Assembly: GCF_051594785.1 (NCBI RefSeq)
Contig: NZ_JBPPGI010000006.1
Coordinates: 90,827 to 154,826, forward strand
DNA length: 64,000 bases
DNA from: Gorillibacterium sp. sgz500922
GTDB lineage: Bacteria > Bacillota > Bacilli > Paenibacillales > NBRC-103111
Direction: 5' to 3'
How positions within the stretch are numbered: the first letter of the stretch is position 1; the number at the start of each line of letters is the position of its first letter. Below the pieces are notes generated by a model. That model ran no database searches and was not told the origin of the DNA. It saw only the letters and a list, made by a program, of their open reading frames with translations. This document shows positions 39,968 to 49,957 of this stretch, one piece after another. The position numbers and the translations under genes are program-made.

Positions 39968-40963
39968 CTATTCCCGCAGTTTGCGTTTGAAAGTCATTCG
40001 ATGAAAGGTCCGCCGAATCCGCCAGGGGATGTAGGACGTATTCCGAAACACGTGCCCGTCCACCGCCACCAGCCATCCGCCGGAGGGCAGCGGCTGCTGC
40101 TCCAGGTGATGCATCCCGTCCTCGTACCAGCAAGAGCCTTCGCGGCCGCCGCCGAGAATGCGCTCGCCGGCTTCCTCGCGGTATTCCGTCTCCGACAGCT
40201 CGGTGATCCGGAAGCGGAAGACGGAGCGGCCATAATACTCCTCGCCTTCCTGCGCGAAGCGGTAGATCGCATCCTCCAGCACGACCACGCGGCCGGCCGG
40301 ACGGCTGTTGTTCATCGAATCCCGAACGACCGGACTGGCCGGATGCTCCCGCCAACCGCCGTTCAGGGCAGCGGAGTAAAATAGATGCAGCCCGTCGTCG
40401 GAACCGCTGAACATCCACCACTTGCCGCGGTAGAAGAATGTCGAGCTGTCCACATACCGCCCGTCCAGCAGTTCGCCGGCGGGCTCCCAGTCATAGGGGA
40501 AGTTCCGGGCCTTGTACAGGCGCACCTTGCCGGCCGCGAGCATCTCGGGAATCATGTAATAATTGGAGCCTTCGCGAAAGACTTGCGGGTACGACAGGTG
40601 GAACGGCTCCCTCAACACGATCCGGTCGTAGGTCCAGCGCACTCCGTCCTCGCTGACGGCGACGCCGATTTCCCCCTTCTCGGAGAGGACGTTGTAGACC
40701 TCGAAGAACAGATAATAGCGAGAACCCTCGACGAGCAGGAACGGATCGGCCACAAATTCGGCCAGCACATCCGTGACATCCTCCGCGCGCAGCGACGGGC
40801 CATCCAGGCTTGCCCGTTGCGGGCGGTCGTCCAGAGCTTTATCGGAAGCAAATACTTTGATGGAATAGACCGGGGTGCGGATCTCGAAGCTGTACCGTCT
40901 CTTAATTAGCAAGCCCAGAGCGGCGGTCATCATCGTTCCACCGGCGGTCGGCAGTATGTACAT
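39968..40963 (-). CDS. Hypothetical beta-propeller-like protein, possibly a glycoside hydrolase (GH43/GH32-like) acting on the polymer
   Basis: No confident motif; embedded in the EPS operon; overlaps the next gene by about 60 nt, so the true start may be an internal Met. Confidence 0.35.
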   Translation of the reverse strand: MYILPTAGGTMMTAALGLLIKRRYSFEIRTPVYSIKVFASDKALDDRPQRASLDGPSLRAEDVTDVLAEFVADPFLLVEGSRYYLFFEVYNVLSEKGEIGVAVSEDGVRWTYDRIVLREPFHLSYPQVFREGSNYYMIPEMLAAGKVRLYKARNFPYDWEPAGELLDGRYVDSSTFFYRGKWWMFSGSDDGLHLFYSAALNGGWREHPASPVVRDSMNNSRPAGRVVVLEDAIYRFAQEGEEYYGRSVFRFRITELSETEYREEAGERILGGGREGSCWYEDGMHHLEQQPLPSGGWLVAVDGHVFRNTSYIPWRIRRTFHRMTFKRKLRE

Positions 40964-42182
40964 GGTCCTGCACCCTCTTTCTTTGGTTCGGCTGGTCTGC
41001 GAACGGGGCTCGGGCCAGCGTGCGGCTCAGCCGGAGGCCGAAGCCTTGCGTGAACGGCAGCAGGTCGAAGCGCGAGGAATACACGCCGATGTCCTTCGTA
41101 TCGCCTTGGGAAAAATCGATCTCGCCGGTTCGGCGGGTCACCTTCATCAGGTAATTCCGGGCTTTCTCCGCTCCCTCGCGGGCCGGCTCGGAGGCGGTGT
41201 CGGCCGCCATCCGGGCGAGGAACCAGCCGAGCGCGGCGGTGGCCGACGCGTCCGCAGCCGCCTCGCGGCGGGTGAGCGTCCAGTTCCAGGCGCCGGACGG
41301 CTGCTGCACCCGCAGGATCGCCCGGGCATAGGCCTCGGCCGTCCGCGTAAGCTCCGGCCGGGCCGGATGCCCGGCGGGCAGCTCGCCGAGCGTGTCGGCC
41401 AGCCCCAGGGCGAACCAGGCGGCTCCCCGGCCCCAGCCGTAGAGGCCGAGCGGCGCGGAATCGTCCGTCCGGTATGCGTGGCAGGGGAGGTACAGCTCGG
41501 GATGCAGGCCGCGCTGTTGGAATTCCTTCAGCTGGCGGAGGGCCAGCTCGACGCATTCCCGCTTCCCGTACCGGACGCCGTAGGCGGTCAGGAACGGGCA
41601 GATGAAGCCGACGGTGTCGACGTAGCGGTATTTCATCATCGCCTTGCGGTACCCGGCCGTTCCGTCTTCGCCCAGGTGCTCCCGGATCATCGCCCACACG
41701 GCGTCATAGGCCGGCCGGAAGCGGTCGGGGTCGATGCCGGGCAGCTTCATCACCGCATAGGCGAGAATGGCCGCGTCCACCTGCTCGGGCGGCTGCCGCC
41801 AGCTGCCGTCGGGGCGGAACCGGCTCTCCAGGTAGCGCTTCGCCTCGCGGAGGGCGGCTTCGTCCGTCCGCTCCCGCAGCCGGTCGCCGAGCCCGAGGAG
41901 GAGCGCTCCCTCCTGCCACTGCTGAATCGAGCGGCGCGCATACTGGCCGCGCAGCTTATCCAGCAGGATGAGCCGGGTCTGGTCGGTCAGCTGCACCGTC
42001 GGTGTTCGGTTCAGCCAGCGGGCGGCCGTCCGGGCGGCTTTCTCCTCCCAGACGCCGATGTCGCGGTACCGGCCAATGTGAATGCGGCCCAGCCACGTCC
42101 GGAAGGCCGGCAGCAGATCGGCGGCCAGAACGACGGCGACCAAGACAACCGGAAGGCCCGCAAGAAGTCCTATCGCCATCAT
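40902..42182 (-). CDS. Membrane-anchored (alpha/alpha)6-barrel glycosyl hydrolase-like protein (GH88/GH105-like)
   Basis: N-terminal TM helix; sequence character of six-hairpin glycosidases; tentative. Confidence 0.35.
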   Translation of the reverse strand: MMAIGLLAGLPVVLVAVVLAADLLPAFRTWLGRIHIGRYRDIGVWEEKAARTAARWLNRTPTVQLTDQTRLILLDKLRGQYARRSIQQWQEGALLLGLGDRLRERTDEAALREAKRYLESRFRPDGSWRQPPEQVDAAILAYAVMKLPGIDPDRFRPAYDAVWAMIREHLGEDGTAGYRKAMMKYRYVDTVGFICPFLTAYGVRYGKRECVELALRQLKEFQQRGLHPELYLPCHAYRTDDSAPLGLYGWGRGAAWFALGLADTLGELPAGHPARPELTRTAEAYARAILRVQQPSGAWNWTLTRREAAADASATAALGWFLARMAADTASEPAREGAEKARNYLMKVTRRTGEIDFSQGDTKDIGVYSSRFDLLPFTQGFGLRLSRTLARAPFADQPNQRKRVQDHVHTADRRWNDDDRRSGLAN

Positions 42183-43378
42183 GCGGTTGCCTCCTCCGTG
42201 AGATACTGGTACAGCTTACCGATCTCGCCTTCGGTCCCGAGCTCCAGGCCGGACAACCGGCTGACGAACGACGAAGCCAATTCCGCATCGTCGATCAGCC
42301 GGCCGATGCCGGAAGCGATCGCCTCCGCGTTCATCTCGACGATCAGGCCGGTCTCGCCGCTCGCAATCTGGTCGCGGGCGGTGGAGAAGTTCGTGACGAC
42401 GATCGGCTTGCCGAGGATCATCGCCTCGTCGATGGCGATCGATTTGCCCTCGAAGCGCGAGGGCTGCACGTAGATATCGGCTTCCCGCAGGTAGGGGTAC
42501 GGATTGTCGCTCATCCCCATCAGGAAGAAGCGCCGCTCCAGGCCGTGCCGGCGGATGAGCCGCTCCAGCTGCGGCCGCTCTTCCCCTTCGCCGATGACGG
42601 TCCAGGTGATGTCCCGGCCGCTGTCGACCAGCAGGCGGCAGGCTTCCACCGCGAGGTCGAACCCCTTCTGCACGTTCAAGCGGCCGATGGACAACAGTCT
42701 CACCGCCGCCGGAGGAAGCGACACAGGTTCCTCCGCCAGCGACCGGATCGAGCGGGGAGATACGATGTTATAGATCACGCCAATCTTGGCCGCAAGCGCC
42801 GGAAACTGCCGCTTCAGCGTCTCGGCGCATTCCTCCGAGACGGTCACCAGATGGTCCAGCCGGTGGAAGTACGGCAGATCGAGCCTCGCGTCCATGCCGA
42901 GGCGGGTGTAGTCGATGTGAATGAAGCCGAGCTTCTTCTTGGCCTTGACCTTCTCAATGCAGTAGTAGATCGGGTTCTTCTCCAGAAAGCCGATCGCGGC
43001 GTCGTATTCGCCGGCAAGCGGCGGAAGCGAGCGGGAGAGGTGCTTCCACACCTTCTGCTCGCAGCGCGCGGGGTTCTTCTCCCGGCGGAACAGCCATCCG
43101 GCCTGCAGCCGGCTCAGAGCGGCGCGGAAGCGGCCGCGCTTCAGGTTGGCCGCCACCGCTTGCGCGAGCGGCATGTCGTAATACCGGTAGCCCGCCGGTT
43201 CGGGCAGCACCCGCACCCGCTCGGGAATCTTGTTCAGGAACAGCCCCTCCTGGCGAAACAGCAGGAGGTCCACGTCATACTCGCCGTAATCGATCGTGTT
43301 CAGCAGGGAGACGAGCGATTTCTCCGCCCCGCCGCAGCCCAGATTGTTCATGATAAACAGCAGTTTTTTCTTCCCCAC
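42179..43378 (-). CDS. GT4 glycosyltransferase, paralog 1 of a three-member set
   Basis: The real start is a GTG (VGKKKLLFIMNNLGCGGAEKSLV) after AAGAGGAGG. The upstream 230 codons of the track ORF are GC-rich read-through. Confidence 0.7.
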   Translation of the reverse strand: MGKKKLLFIMNNLGCGGAEKSLVSLLNTIDYGEYDVDLLLFRQEGLFLNKIPERVRVLPEPAGYRYYDMPLAQAVAANLKRGRFRAALSRLQAGWLFRREKNPARCEQKVWKHLSRSLPPLAGEYDAAIGFLEKNPIYYCIEKVKAKKKLGFIHIDYTRLGMDARLDLPYFHRLDHLVTVSEECAETLKRQFPALAAKIGVIYNIVSPRSIRSLAEEPVSLPPAAVRLLSIGRLNVQKGFDLAVEACRLLVDSGRDITWTVIGEGEERPQLERLIRRHGLERRFFLMGMSDNPYPYLREADIYVQPSRFEGKSIAIDEAMILGKPIVVTNFSTARDQIASGETGLIVEMNAEAIASGIGRLIDDAELASSFVSRLSGLELGTEGEIGKLYQYLTEEATA

Positions 43379-43410
43379 GCGCTCTCCGTGCCTCCTCTTG
43401 CGGCTGTCTC

Positions 43411-44601
43411 CTACGCGAACAGCCGCTCCAGCTTCTCCATCTCCGATTCGGTGCCCAACAAACTCGCGGACAGCTGCTCCGCAAACCGGCGGCGCAGCCC
43501 CGGGCTGCCGATCAGCCGTTCGATGCCGTCCGCCACCGCCTCCGGCTCCATGCCGACGATCAGTCCGTCCACTCCATGCGCGATCTGATCGCGCGCCGTG
43601 CTGAAATTGGTGACGACGATCGGCTTGCCGAGAATCTTCGCCTCGTCGATGGCGATCGACTTTCCCTCGTAGCGCGAGGTCTGCACGTACAGGTCGGCCT
43701 GCTTCAGATAAGGGTAAGGATTCGCCTTCAGGCCGAGCAGGACGAACCGCCCGGCGAGGCCGTTCTTCGCGATCAGCTCCTCCAGCTTCCCCCGCTCCTC
43801 GCCCTCGCCGATCACGAACCAGCGGACGCGGTGGCCGCGGTCGATCAGGCGGCGGCAGGCGGCAATCGCCGTCTCGAACGCCTTCTGCGCATGCAGCCGG
43901 CCGATGGACAGGATCACCGTCTCGCCCTCTTCGCGTCCATAGAGATCCTCCGGCGGTTCCTCGGCCATGCGGGCGATCATCGCCGGGGAGACGATGTTGT
44001 AGACGACGTCGATCTTGGCCGCAAGCTCCGGGAAATTGCGGCGGAGAATGCCCGCGCACTCCTCGGAGACGGTGACGATATGGTCCAGCTTGCGGAAGTA
44101 CGGCAGGTCGAACGCCGCATCCATTCCGTGCTGGTCGTAGTCGATATGCACCCAGCCGATCCGCTTGCGGGCCTGCACCTTATCGACGCAGAAGTAATTG
44201 GAGGTCTTCTCCAGAAAGCCGATCGCCACGTCATACGAAGCGGGCAGTGTCGGCAAGAACCGCGCCAGCCGCTTCCAATTGCGCTGCTCGCTGCGGCTGA
44301 TCCCGGCCGTCCGGCTGACCAGAGCGAACAGCAGGCGGCTTGCCGCGAGCGACAAGCGCCCCTGCGACGCGAAATGCCGAATCGAGGGCACGAGCGGCTT
44401 CGCGAAGTGGCGGTACTCATCGGGCAGCGGCAGCACCCTCACCTCGGGGGGGAGAAAATCCATGAACAACCCCTCGTGCTGGAGGAGAAACAAATCCGCC
44501 TCATACCGCGAATAGTCCAATTGCGACAGCAGCGTGACCAAGCTTTTCTCCCCGCCGCCCGCCGTCAGGCTGGGGATGATGAACAGCAGCTTCTTCTTCA
44601 T
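43411..44601 (-). CDS. GT4 glycosyltransferase, paralog 2
   Basis: MKKKLLFIIPSLTAGGGEKSLV...; RBS GGAGGA. Confidence 0.8.
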   Translation of the reverse strand: MKKKLLFIIPSLTAGGGEKSLVTLLSQLDYSRYEADLFLLQHEGLFMDFLPPEVRVLPLPDEYRHFAKPLVPSIRHFASQGRLSLAASRLLFALVSRTAGISRSEQRNWKRLARFLPTLPASYDVAIGFLEKTSNYFCVDKVQARKRIGWVHIDYDQHGMDAAFDLPYFRKLDHIVTVSEECAGILRRNFPELAAKIDVVYNIVSPAMIARMAEEPPEDLYGREEGETVILSIGRLHAQKAFETAIAACRRLIDRGHRVRWFVIGEGEERGKLEELIAKNGLAGRFVLLGLKANPYPYLKQADLYVQTSRYEGKSIAIDEAKILGKPIVVTNFSTARDQIAHGVDGLIVGMEPEAVADGIERLIGSPGLRRRFAEQLSASLLGTESEMEKLERLFA

Positions 44602-44628
44602 GGGTTCCTCCTTCCCGGTTGCATCCCG

Positions 44629-45789
44629 TTACCCCGCTACCTCGCACAGGTAGTCGACGGCTTTCTGCGACATCTGCCGGATGCGGGGAATCGCTTCGGC
44701 CAGCTGCCGCCTCAGCTCCGCCTCCTCGGTCTTCATCTCCTCGAAGGCCGCGATCAGCCGGTCGCGGTCGGAGATCTGGTCGAGGCCGAGCACCAGCTTC
44801 TCCCGGCCGAACAGGTCGCGGGCAATGCCCTTCGATTTCACGCTGTAGCCGAGCACCAGCGTCGGTACCAGGCTGGAGTAAGCGGCGATAGTAGCGTGCG
44901 TCCGCGCTCCGATGAAGAAGCGCATGCGGGCGATGTAGCCCTTGTACTGCGTCGCGTTCAGGTGGTCGGGCAGCAGCAGCACCCGTCCCGTGGAGGCGAA
45001 TTCGCGCTCGAATTCCTGCAGCAGCTCGTAGTCGTTGTTCCCTTCCTCCACCACGTGCGGCGTCAGGGCGATGGTCATGTCGGTCGTCTCCAGGATGTGG
45101 CGAATGAGCGCCCGCGCGGCCTCCCGCGACGCTTCATTGCGCTTCCAGACGAGCGGGCTGAAGTTGAACCCCAAGGTGTTCCCCGGCTGCCAGCCCGCCG
45201 GAAGCGGCAGTTCCTCCTTCTCCATGGTGAAGGCGGCGTCGGCGCACAGCCGGACGTTGGTGAGCCCCTTGCTTTTCAGCATCTCGTAGGTCAAGGTCTC
45301 GCGGGCCAGAATCAGGTCGAACAGCTTCAGGTCGGCCAGCTTGCGCTCGGACATGTCCTCCTCGCCGATCGAGCAGCCCCACAGCACCAGCTTCTTGCCC
45401 CGCTCCTTCACCCTGCGGTCGATCTCGTACCAGCCGGGCTGTTCGCCGTAGCAGTAATTGTCGCCGCCGATGGACAGGCAGACGTCCACCTGCGGAATCT
45501 GGCGGATGACGTTCTGGTGCATCCGGCCGAGGGCGTAGGACTCGTCGCCCTTCAGTTTGTACGAGAGCGCCGAGAGGAAATAATCGACGCTGTATTTCTC
45601 CACCGGCCGGGCCTTCGCGTCGTGGATTTCGTCGACCTTGTCGAGAATCCGGTCCGTCTCCGGACGCTCCGACGCCAGCACGACGCGGGCGTCTGCGATC
45701 TTGCTCTTGATCAGCTGCGTGGAGGAGCGGACGATGGCCTCGCATCCCCGGTTCAAGCTTCCCGCATGGGCGAACATCATGATTTTCAT
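44629..45789 (-). CDS. Polysaccharide pyruvyl transferase (CsaB/EpsO/WcaK-like)
   Basis: PF04230-like sequence (MKIMMFAHAGSLNRGCEAI...). Confidence 0.7.
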   Translation of the reverse strand: MKIMMFAHAGSLNRGCEAIVRSSTQLIKSKIADARVVLASERPETDRILDKVDEIHDAKARPVEKYSVDYFLSALSYKLKGDESYALGRMHQNVIRQIPQVDVCLSIGGDNYCYGEQPGWYEIDRRVKERGKKLVLWGCSIGEEDMSERKLADLKLFDLILARETLTYEMLKSKGLTNVRLCADAAFTMEKEELPLPAGWQPGNTLGFNFSPLVWKRNEASREAARALIRHILETTDMTIALTPHVVEEGNNDYELLQEFEREFASTGRVLLLPDHLNATQYKGYIARMRFFIGARTHATIAAYSSLVPTLVLGYSVKSKGIARDLFGREKLVLGLDQISDRDRLIAAFEEMKTEEAELRRQLAEAIPRIRQMSQKAVDYLCEVAG

Positions 45790-46844
45790 ATGGCTTCCTG
45801 CCTCCGGTTTCCGTTATTTCGCATTCGGCTATAAGCCGAGGCCGCATACAGCCCCGCGGTCAGCCGCCGTTTCATCAGCCACAGCACGCACCGCTCGTAG
45901 CGGCCCGCCGCCGGGTACTTCTCCGCCCAGTACAGGGCCAGCGCCTCCTTCACCTTCGCGTGCCCGACCATCCGGCGGACATACGCAAAGCGCCGGCGGA
46001 AGGGCACCCCCGGCGTCGGCGTAAAGTACAGGTAGATGTAGGACTGGACGCTGTGGATCAGCTTCACCGCCTTCTGCCGCCGCAGGCTGTCCTCCGGCAG
46101 CCCGGTGGCCGCCTCGAAGGCCGGAAGCCGCGTCTCGTACACGTCGAGCGCCCGGGCGAAGTAGTCCTTGGCCAGAATGTTGCGGGTGGCGCTGCCCGGC
46201 ACGTCCCGGTACCGGTAGCCGAGGTAATCCAGGAACCGGACGGAGGCGGCATGGGCGAAGGCCTCGAGGTTGAAGCGGGCGTCCTCGCCGAGCGCCACCC
46301 CGACGGGGAACCGCACCCGGTGCCGGTGAATCAGCTCGGTGCGGTAGAGCTTCGTCCAGACGGCGTTGAGGTTATCCTCGCGCAGGAAATACGGCAGGAC
46401 GTCGCGGTGGACCGCTTCCCGGTCCATCGGCGCGTCCGCCGGGAAGGGATAGCGGGCCTGGACGATCCGCCCCTCCTGCTCGCTCGCGAATGTCGAGACG
46501 ACGATGTCGCAGCCGTCGGCCGCAGCCGTCCGGTACAGCCGTTCGAAGTAATCCGGCCGTACCGTATCGTCCGCGTCGGCAAAGCCGATGAACGCGCCCC
46601 GGACCTCCGCAAGCCCGCGGTTGCGGGCGGCACTGACCCCGGCGTTGTCCTGGCGGATCACCCGGATGCGGCCGTCGCGCTGCCGGTAGGCGTCGAGGAT
46701 GGCCGGGCTCGCATCCTGCGAGCCGTCGTCGACGCAGATGAATTCGCAGGCCGCAAGCGTCTGATTAAGAAGCGAATCCAGGCATTCGGCCAGGTACCGC
46801 TCGGCGTTGTAGACCGGCACGACGATGCTGACGAGAATCCCCAT
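45786..46844 (-). CDS. GT2 glycosyltransferase (paralog A)
   Basis: MGILVSIVVPVYNAERYL...DDGS...; DxD motif. Confidence 0.8.
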   Translation of the reverse strand: MGILVSIVVPVYNAERYLAECLDSLLNQTLAACEFICVDDGSQDASPAILDAYRQRDGRIRVIRQDNAGVSAARNRGLAEVRGAFIGFADADDTVRPDYFERLYRTAAADGCDIVVSTFASEQEGRIVQARYPFPADAPMDREAVHRDVLPYFLREDNLNAVWTKLYRTELIHRHRVRFPVGVALGEDARFNLEAFAHAASVRFLDYLGYRYRDVPGSATRNILAKDYFARALDVYETRLPAFEAATGLPEDSLRRQKAVKLIHSVQSYIYLYFTPTPGVPFRRRFAYVRRMVGHAKVKEALALYWAEKYPAAGRYERCVLWLMKRRLTAGLYAASAYSRMRNNGNRRQEAI

Positions 46845-46845
46845 G

Positions 46846-48048
46846 TCACGTCCCCCCTTCCTGGTAGCGGATGCGCCGGGCCATGCGGTAGACGCAGAGG
46901 AACGGCCGCAGCGGGAAGTAGAGAAAATGCGCCCGTTCGGGCAGCGGCAGCGTCCGGGCGTCCTCGTAGAAGGGATAGAGCAGGCTGAGCCGGAACAGCA
47001 GCTTGAAGGGCGGAGCCATCTGCGCGTACAGATGGCGGCGGTGATAGCGGTTCACGTCCTCCGGCAGCGGATAATCGTGCAGGTTCAGCATCCGCCGGAC
47101 GTAGAACATGGCTTCGTCGGCCAATTGCCCGGCCCGGCGCGTCCGCGACAGGCGGTCCAGGGCCGGAGACAGCGGGGTGCCGAACAGCGTCCGGGCAAGC
47201 GCCAGCGCCTGGCCGCCGATCGGCAGCAGGAAGTGCCGGCGCAGGAGCGGAATCAGCCGGCTCTCGTCGAGCCCCTGGCGGACGAGGCGGTCGATGTCGA
47301 GCAGCCACCTCAGCCGCGACCATCCGTGCCGGGCTCCGTGGGACGCGAGGAAGAGGAACAGGTCCTCCCGTCCCAGGTAATAGACCGGGTGTCCGGTGGC
47401 GAGCGGCGTCCGGCGCTTGCGGCGCCACAGCTCGGCGAAGGCCGGCTCGCTCGACGGGCCGGGATTCAGCCGCCAGTGGACCTCCAGCTTGATCCCCTTC
47501 TCTTGGTGATAAAAGGCGATATGGTGATGGCGCCATTTCCAGTCGCCGAGCACCGTCTCGATGTAGTCGTCCTTGACGTAGCCGAGGCGGGGAAGCAGCT
47601 CCTCCACCCGCTCCAGGCAGCCGATCCCGACGATCATATCCAGGTCGCAGGAGGTGCGCAGCGACAGCTCTCCGTACAGGTCGCGGGCGAGCACCGGTCC
47701 CTTCAGCATCAGCGAATCGATGCCCGCCCGGTCGAACTCGCGGCTCACCGCCTCCATCTCCGCCGCAAGCTGAAGCATCTTGAAGGCGTTCGTGCGGTAA
47801 TCCCGGCGCAGGCGATCCGTCGCTTCCGCGGGCAGGGCCGGAGCTCCCGGCTGCTGGAGCAGCCCGTGCAGGTACGGATACACCCGGTGATGCCGGGCCA
47901 GCTCTACGAGCTTCCCCGCATCTGCGCCGGCAAGCCGCTCTCTCTCTTCCTCCGTCCAGACCTTATCCGGTCCCGAGCGCAGCAGCAGGAGGAGAAGCTC
48001 CAGCTCCTCTGCAAGCGGCGCCGCTACCATCGGCTCGACATTCCTCAT
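46846..48048 (-). CDS. Nucleotidyltransferase family protein (NTP_transf_5/PF14907-like)
   Basis: N-terminal ...ELLLLLLRSG... segment and a central region typical of the 'uncharacterised nucleotidyltransferase' family. Confidence 0.55.
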   Translation of the reverse strand: MRNVEPMVAAPLAEELELLLLLLRSGPDKVWTEEERERLAGADAGKLVELARHHRVYPYLHGLLQQPGAPALPAEATDRLRRDYRTNAFKMLQLAAEMEAVSREFDRAGIDSLMLKGPVLARDLYGELSLRTSCDLDMIVGIGCLERVEELLPRLGYVKDDYIETVLGDWKWRHHHIAFYHQEKGIKLEVHWRLNPGPSSEPAFAELWRRKRRTPLATGHPVYYLGREDLFLFLASHGARHGWSRLRWLLDIDRLVRQGLDESRLIPLLRRHFLLPIGGQALALARTLFGTPLSPALDRLSRTRRAGQLADEAMFYVRRMLNLHDYPLPEDVNRYHRRHLYAQMAPPFKLLFRLSLLYPFYEDARTLPLPERAHFLYFPLRPFLCVYRMARRIRYQEGGT

Positions 48049-48112
48049 GGCGTTCCCCTTCTTCTCCTTGGTCCATTTGATTCCAAAGCGTTCTTCTTCC
48101 CGTGCCCGTGCT

Positions 48113-48718
48113 TCACAGCTCCGGCTCGCGGACGCTGCCCCGGAACACCGGCATGGTGGCGTGCTGGGGGTTCTGAATGCCCTCGTGCCGCAGCACCTTG
48201 CGGACGGTCATTCCGAGGATCTTCAGGTCGAGCCGGAAGCTCCGGTTCTCGACGTACCAGACGTCGAGGCGGAACCGCTCTTCCCAGGTGATGGCGTTGC
48301 GGCCGTTCACCTGCGCCCAGCCGGTGATCCCCGGCCGGACGTCGTGCCGCTTCGCCTGCTCCGGGGTGTACAGCTCGAGGTACTCGGGCAGCAGCGGCCG
48401 CGGCCCGACCAGGCTGAGCTCTCCCTTGACGACGTTCCAGAGCTGCAGCAGTTCATCCAGGCTGTACTTGCGCAGGAATTGGCCGAAGCGGGTCAAGCGG
48501 AGATGGTCCGGCAGAAGCTCGCCGAACTCGTCCCGGGCGTCGGTCATCGTCCGCAACTTATACAGCGTGAACGGCTTGCCGCCGAGTCCCGGCCGCACCT
48601 GGCGGAACAGGATCGGCGAGCCGAGCTTGATCCGTGCAAGCACCGCCAGCACGATCAGCAAAGGCAGCGCTGCGACAAACAGCGGCACCGCCACGAGGAG
48701 ATCAAACGACCGCTTCAT
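48113..48718 (-). CDS. Priming sugar phosphotransferase (bacterial sugar transferase, EpsL/WbaP C-terminal type)
   Basis: The start MKRSFDLLVAVPLFV follows GGAGGGGGAAG. PF02397 motifs (...PGLTGWAQV...). Confidence 0.8.
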   Translation of the reverse strand: MKRSFDLLVAVPLFVAALPLLIVLAVLARIKLGSPILFRQVRPGLGGKPFTLYKLRTMTDARDEFGELLPDHLRLTRFGQFLRKYSLDELLQLWNVVKGELSLVGPRPLLPEYLELYTPEQAKRHDVRPGITGWAQVNGRNAITWEERFRLDVWYVENRSFRLDLKILGMTVRKVLRHEGIQNPQHATMPVFRGSVREPEL

Positions 48719-49928
48719 AGGCTTCCCCCTCCAGCAGCAGGCAGAACTTGGCGAGCTCGCCCGCGTGGCGGTCACCGCCGCTCCGCAGGTTCTCCTCCAG
48801 CTCGGCGCGCAGCTCCGGGCGGTCGATCAGGCGGCGGATGCCGGCGGCGATTCCCTCCGCCGTCACCGGCACGACGAGCCCGGTCGCCTCGTCTTCGATC
48901 TGCTTGCGGAAGGACGGAATGTCCGTCACGACAACCGGACGGAACAGGGCCAGCGCTTCCTCCACCGCGATGCAGTGGGCCTCCGTCTTGGAGGGCTGCA
49001 CGTAGATGTCGCAGCGGCTCATGAACGGATAGGGATTGGCCTGCTCGCCGAGCAGCCGGAAACGCCCGGTCAGCTCCAGCTCCTCGGCGCGCTGGCGGAG
49101 CTCGTCGGCCAAGGGACCGGCTCCGACCAGGTTCCAGCGGACCGGATAGCCCTCGTCCCGGAGAATCCGGCAGGCATCCAGTGCGAGCCGGACACCCTTC
49201 TCGTCTCCGAGCCGGGCGACGGTGGCGACGGTGATCCCGGCGAACGAGACGTCGTCCGCCGCCGCTTCCGGCGGCAGCGGCTCCTGGGCCAGCTCGCGGA
49301 CGGCCGTCTCCGAGACGCGGTTGTGGATGACCCGAATCTGCCGGGAGAACTCGGGGAAATACGAGGTCAGCGAATCCCGCGCCGATTCGGCCACCGTGAC
49401 GATGTAATCGCACTTGCCGAAGCTCTTGCGCTCCATCTTCGGGCACGGCCAGCCTTGGCGCTCGCTGTAGCCGTAGTCCATGTGGTTGTAGAGAATCTTG
49501 CGGCCCGCCTTCACCTTCTCGGCCACGTAATAATTGCAGAAGAAGTCGAGGTAGCTGATCGCCGCATCGTAATAGGTCTTCTGCCGGGGAAGCGCCCGGC
49601 GGTAGACCGCCCAGCGCTTGCCCACGTTCTTGCCCTTGCCGGTCTTCCCGACGAGGGCGGCGGCGAGCTTGCCGTACAGCAGCCGGAAGCGGCGCTCCTT
49701 GAGGAGGAACGGCACCGCCTGCCCGACCGGCATCGAGAAGGAAGGAAACAGCGGCGGCAGCACGTTCACCTCCGGCGGAACCATCGGAAACAGCTTGCCG
49801 CTGTGGTCGAAGAGGAGCAGGTCCACCTCATAGCGGTCGTAGTCCAGCTCCGACAGGAGCGTGAGCAGGCTCTTCTCGGCGCCGCCAGTATGCAGGTATT
49901 GGGTGACAAAGAGCAGCCGCTTTTTCAT
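48702..49928 (-). CDS. GT4 glycosyltransferase, paralog 3
   Basis: The start MKKRLLFVTQYLHTGGAEKSLLTLL follows GGAAAGGAAG. The upstream 230 codons of the track ORF are artefactual. Confidence 0.75.
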   Translation of the reverse strand: MKKRLLFVTQYLHTGGAEKSLLTLLSELDYDRYEVDLLLFDHSGKLFPMVPPEVNVLPPLFPSFSMPVGQAVPFLLKERRFRLLYGKLAAALVGKTGKGKNVGKRWAVYRRALPRQKTYYDAAISYLDFFCNYYVAEKVKAGRKILYNHMDYGYSERQGWPCPKMERKSFGKCDYIVTVAESARDSLTSYFPEFSRQIRVIHNRVSETAVRELAQEPLPPEAAADDVSFAGITVATVARLGDEKGVRLALDACRILRDEGYPVRWNLVGAGPLADELRQRAEELELTGRFRLLGEQANPYPFMSRCDIYVQPSKTEAHCIAVEEALALFRPVVVTDIPSFRKQIEDEATGLVVPVTAEGIAAGIRRLIDRPELRAELEENLRSGGDRHAGELAKFCLLLEGEAYEAVV

Positions 49929-49957
49929 GGGTTCGCGTCTTCCTTTCCTTCCGTTGT

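Noticed and set aside
42179-44059. N-terminal ~230-codon extensions of the track ORFs 42179..44059, 48702..50621, 60326..62398, 62688..63365, 25303..26385 and 22595..23764
   Set aside because: The extensions are Arg/Gly/Pro-rich with no RBS. They overlap the upstream genes, and each contains an internal start with a good RBS where homology to the protein family (or to the paralogs) begins. The shorter start was used.
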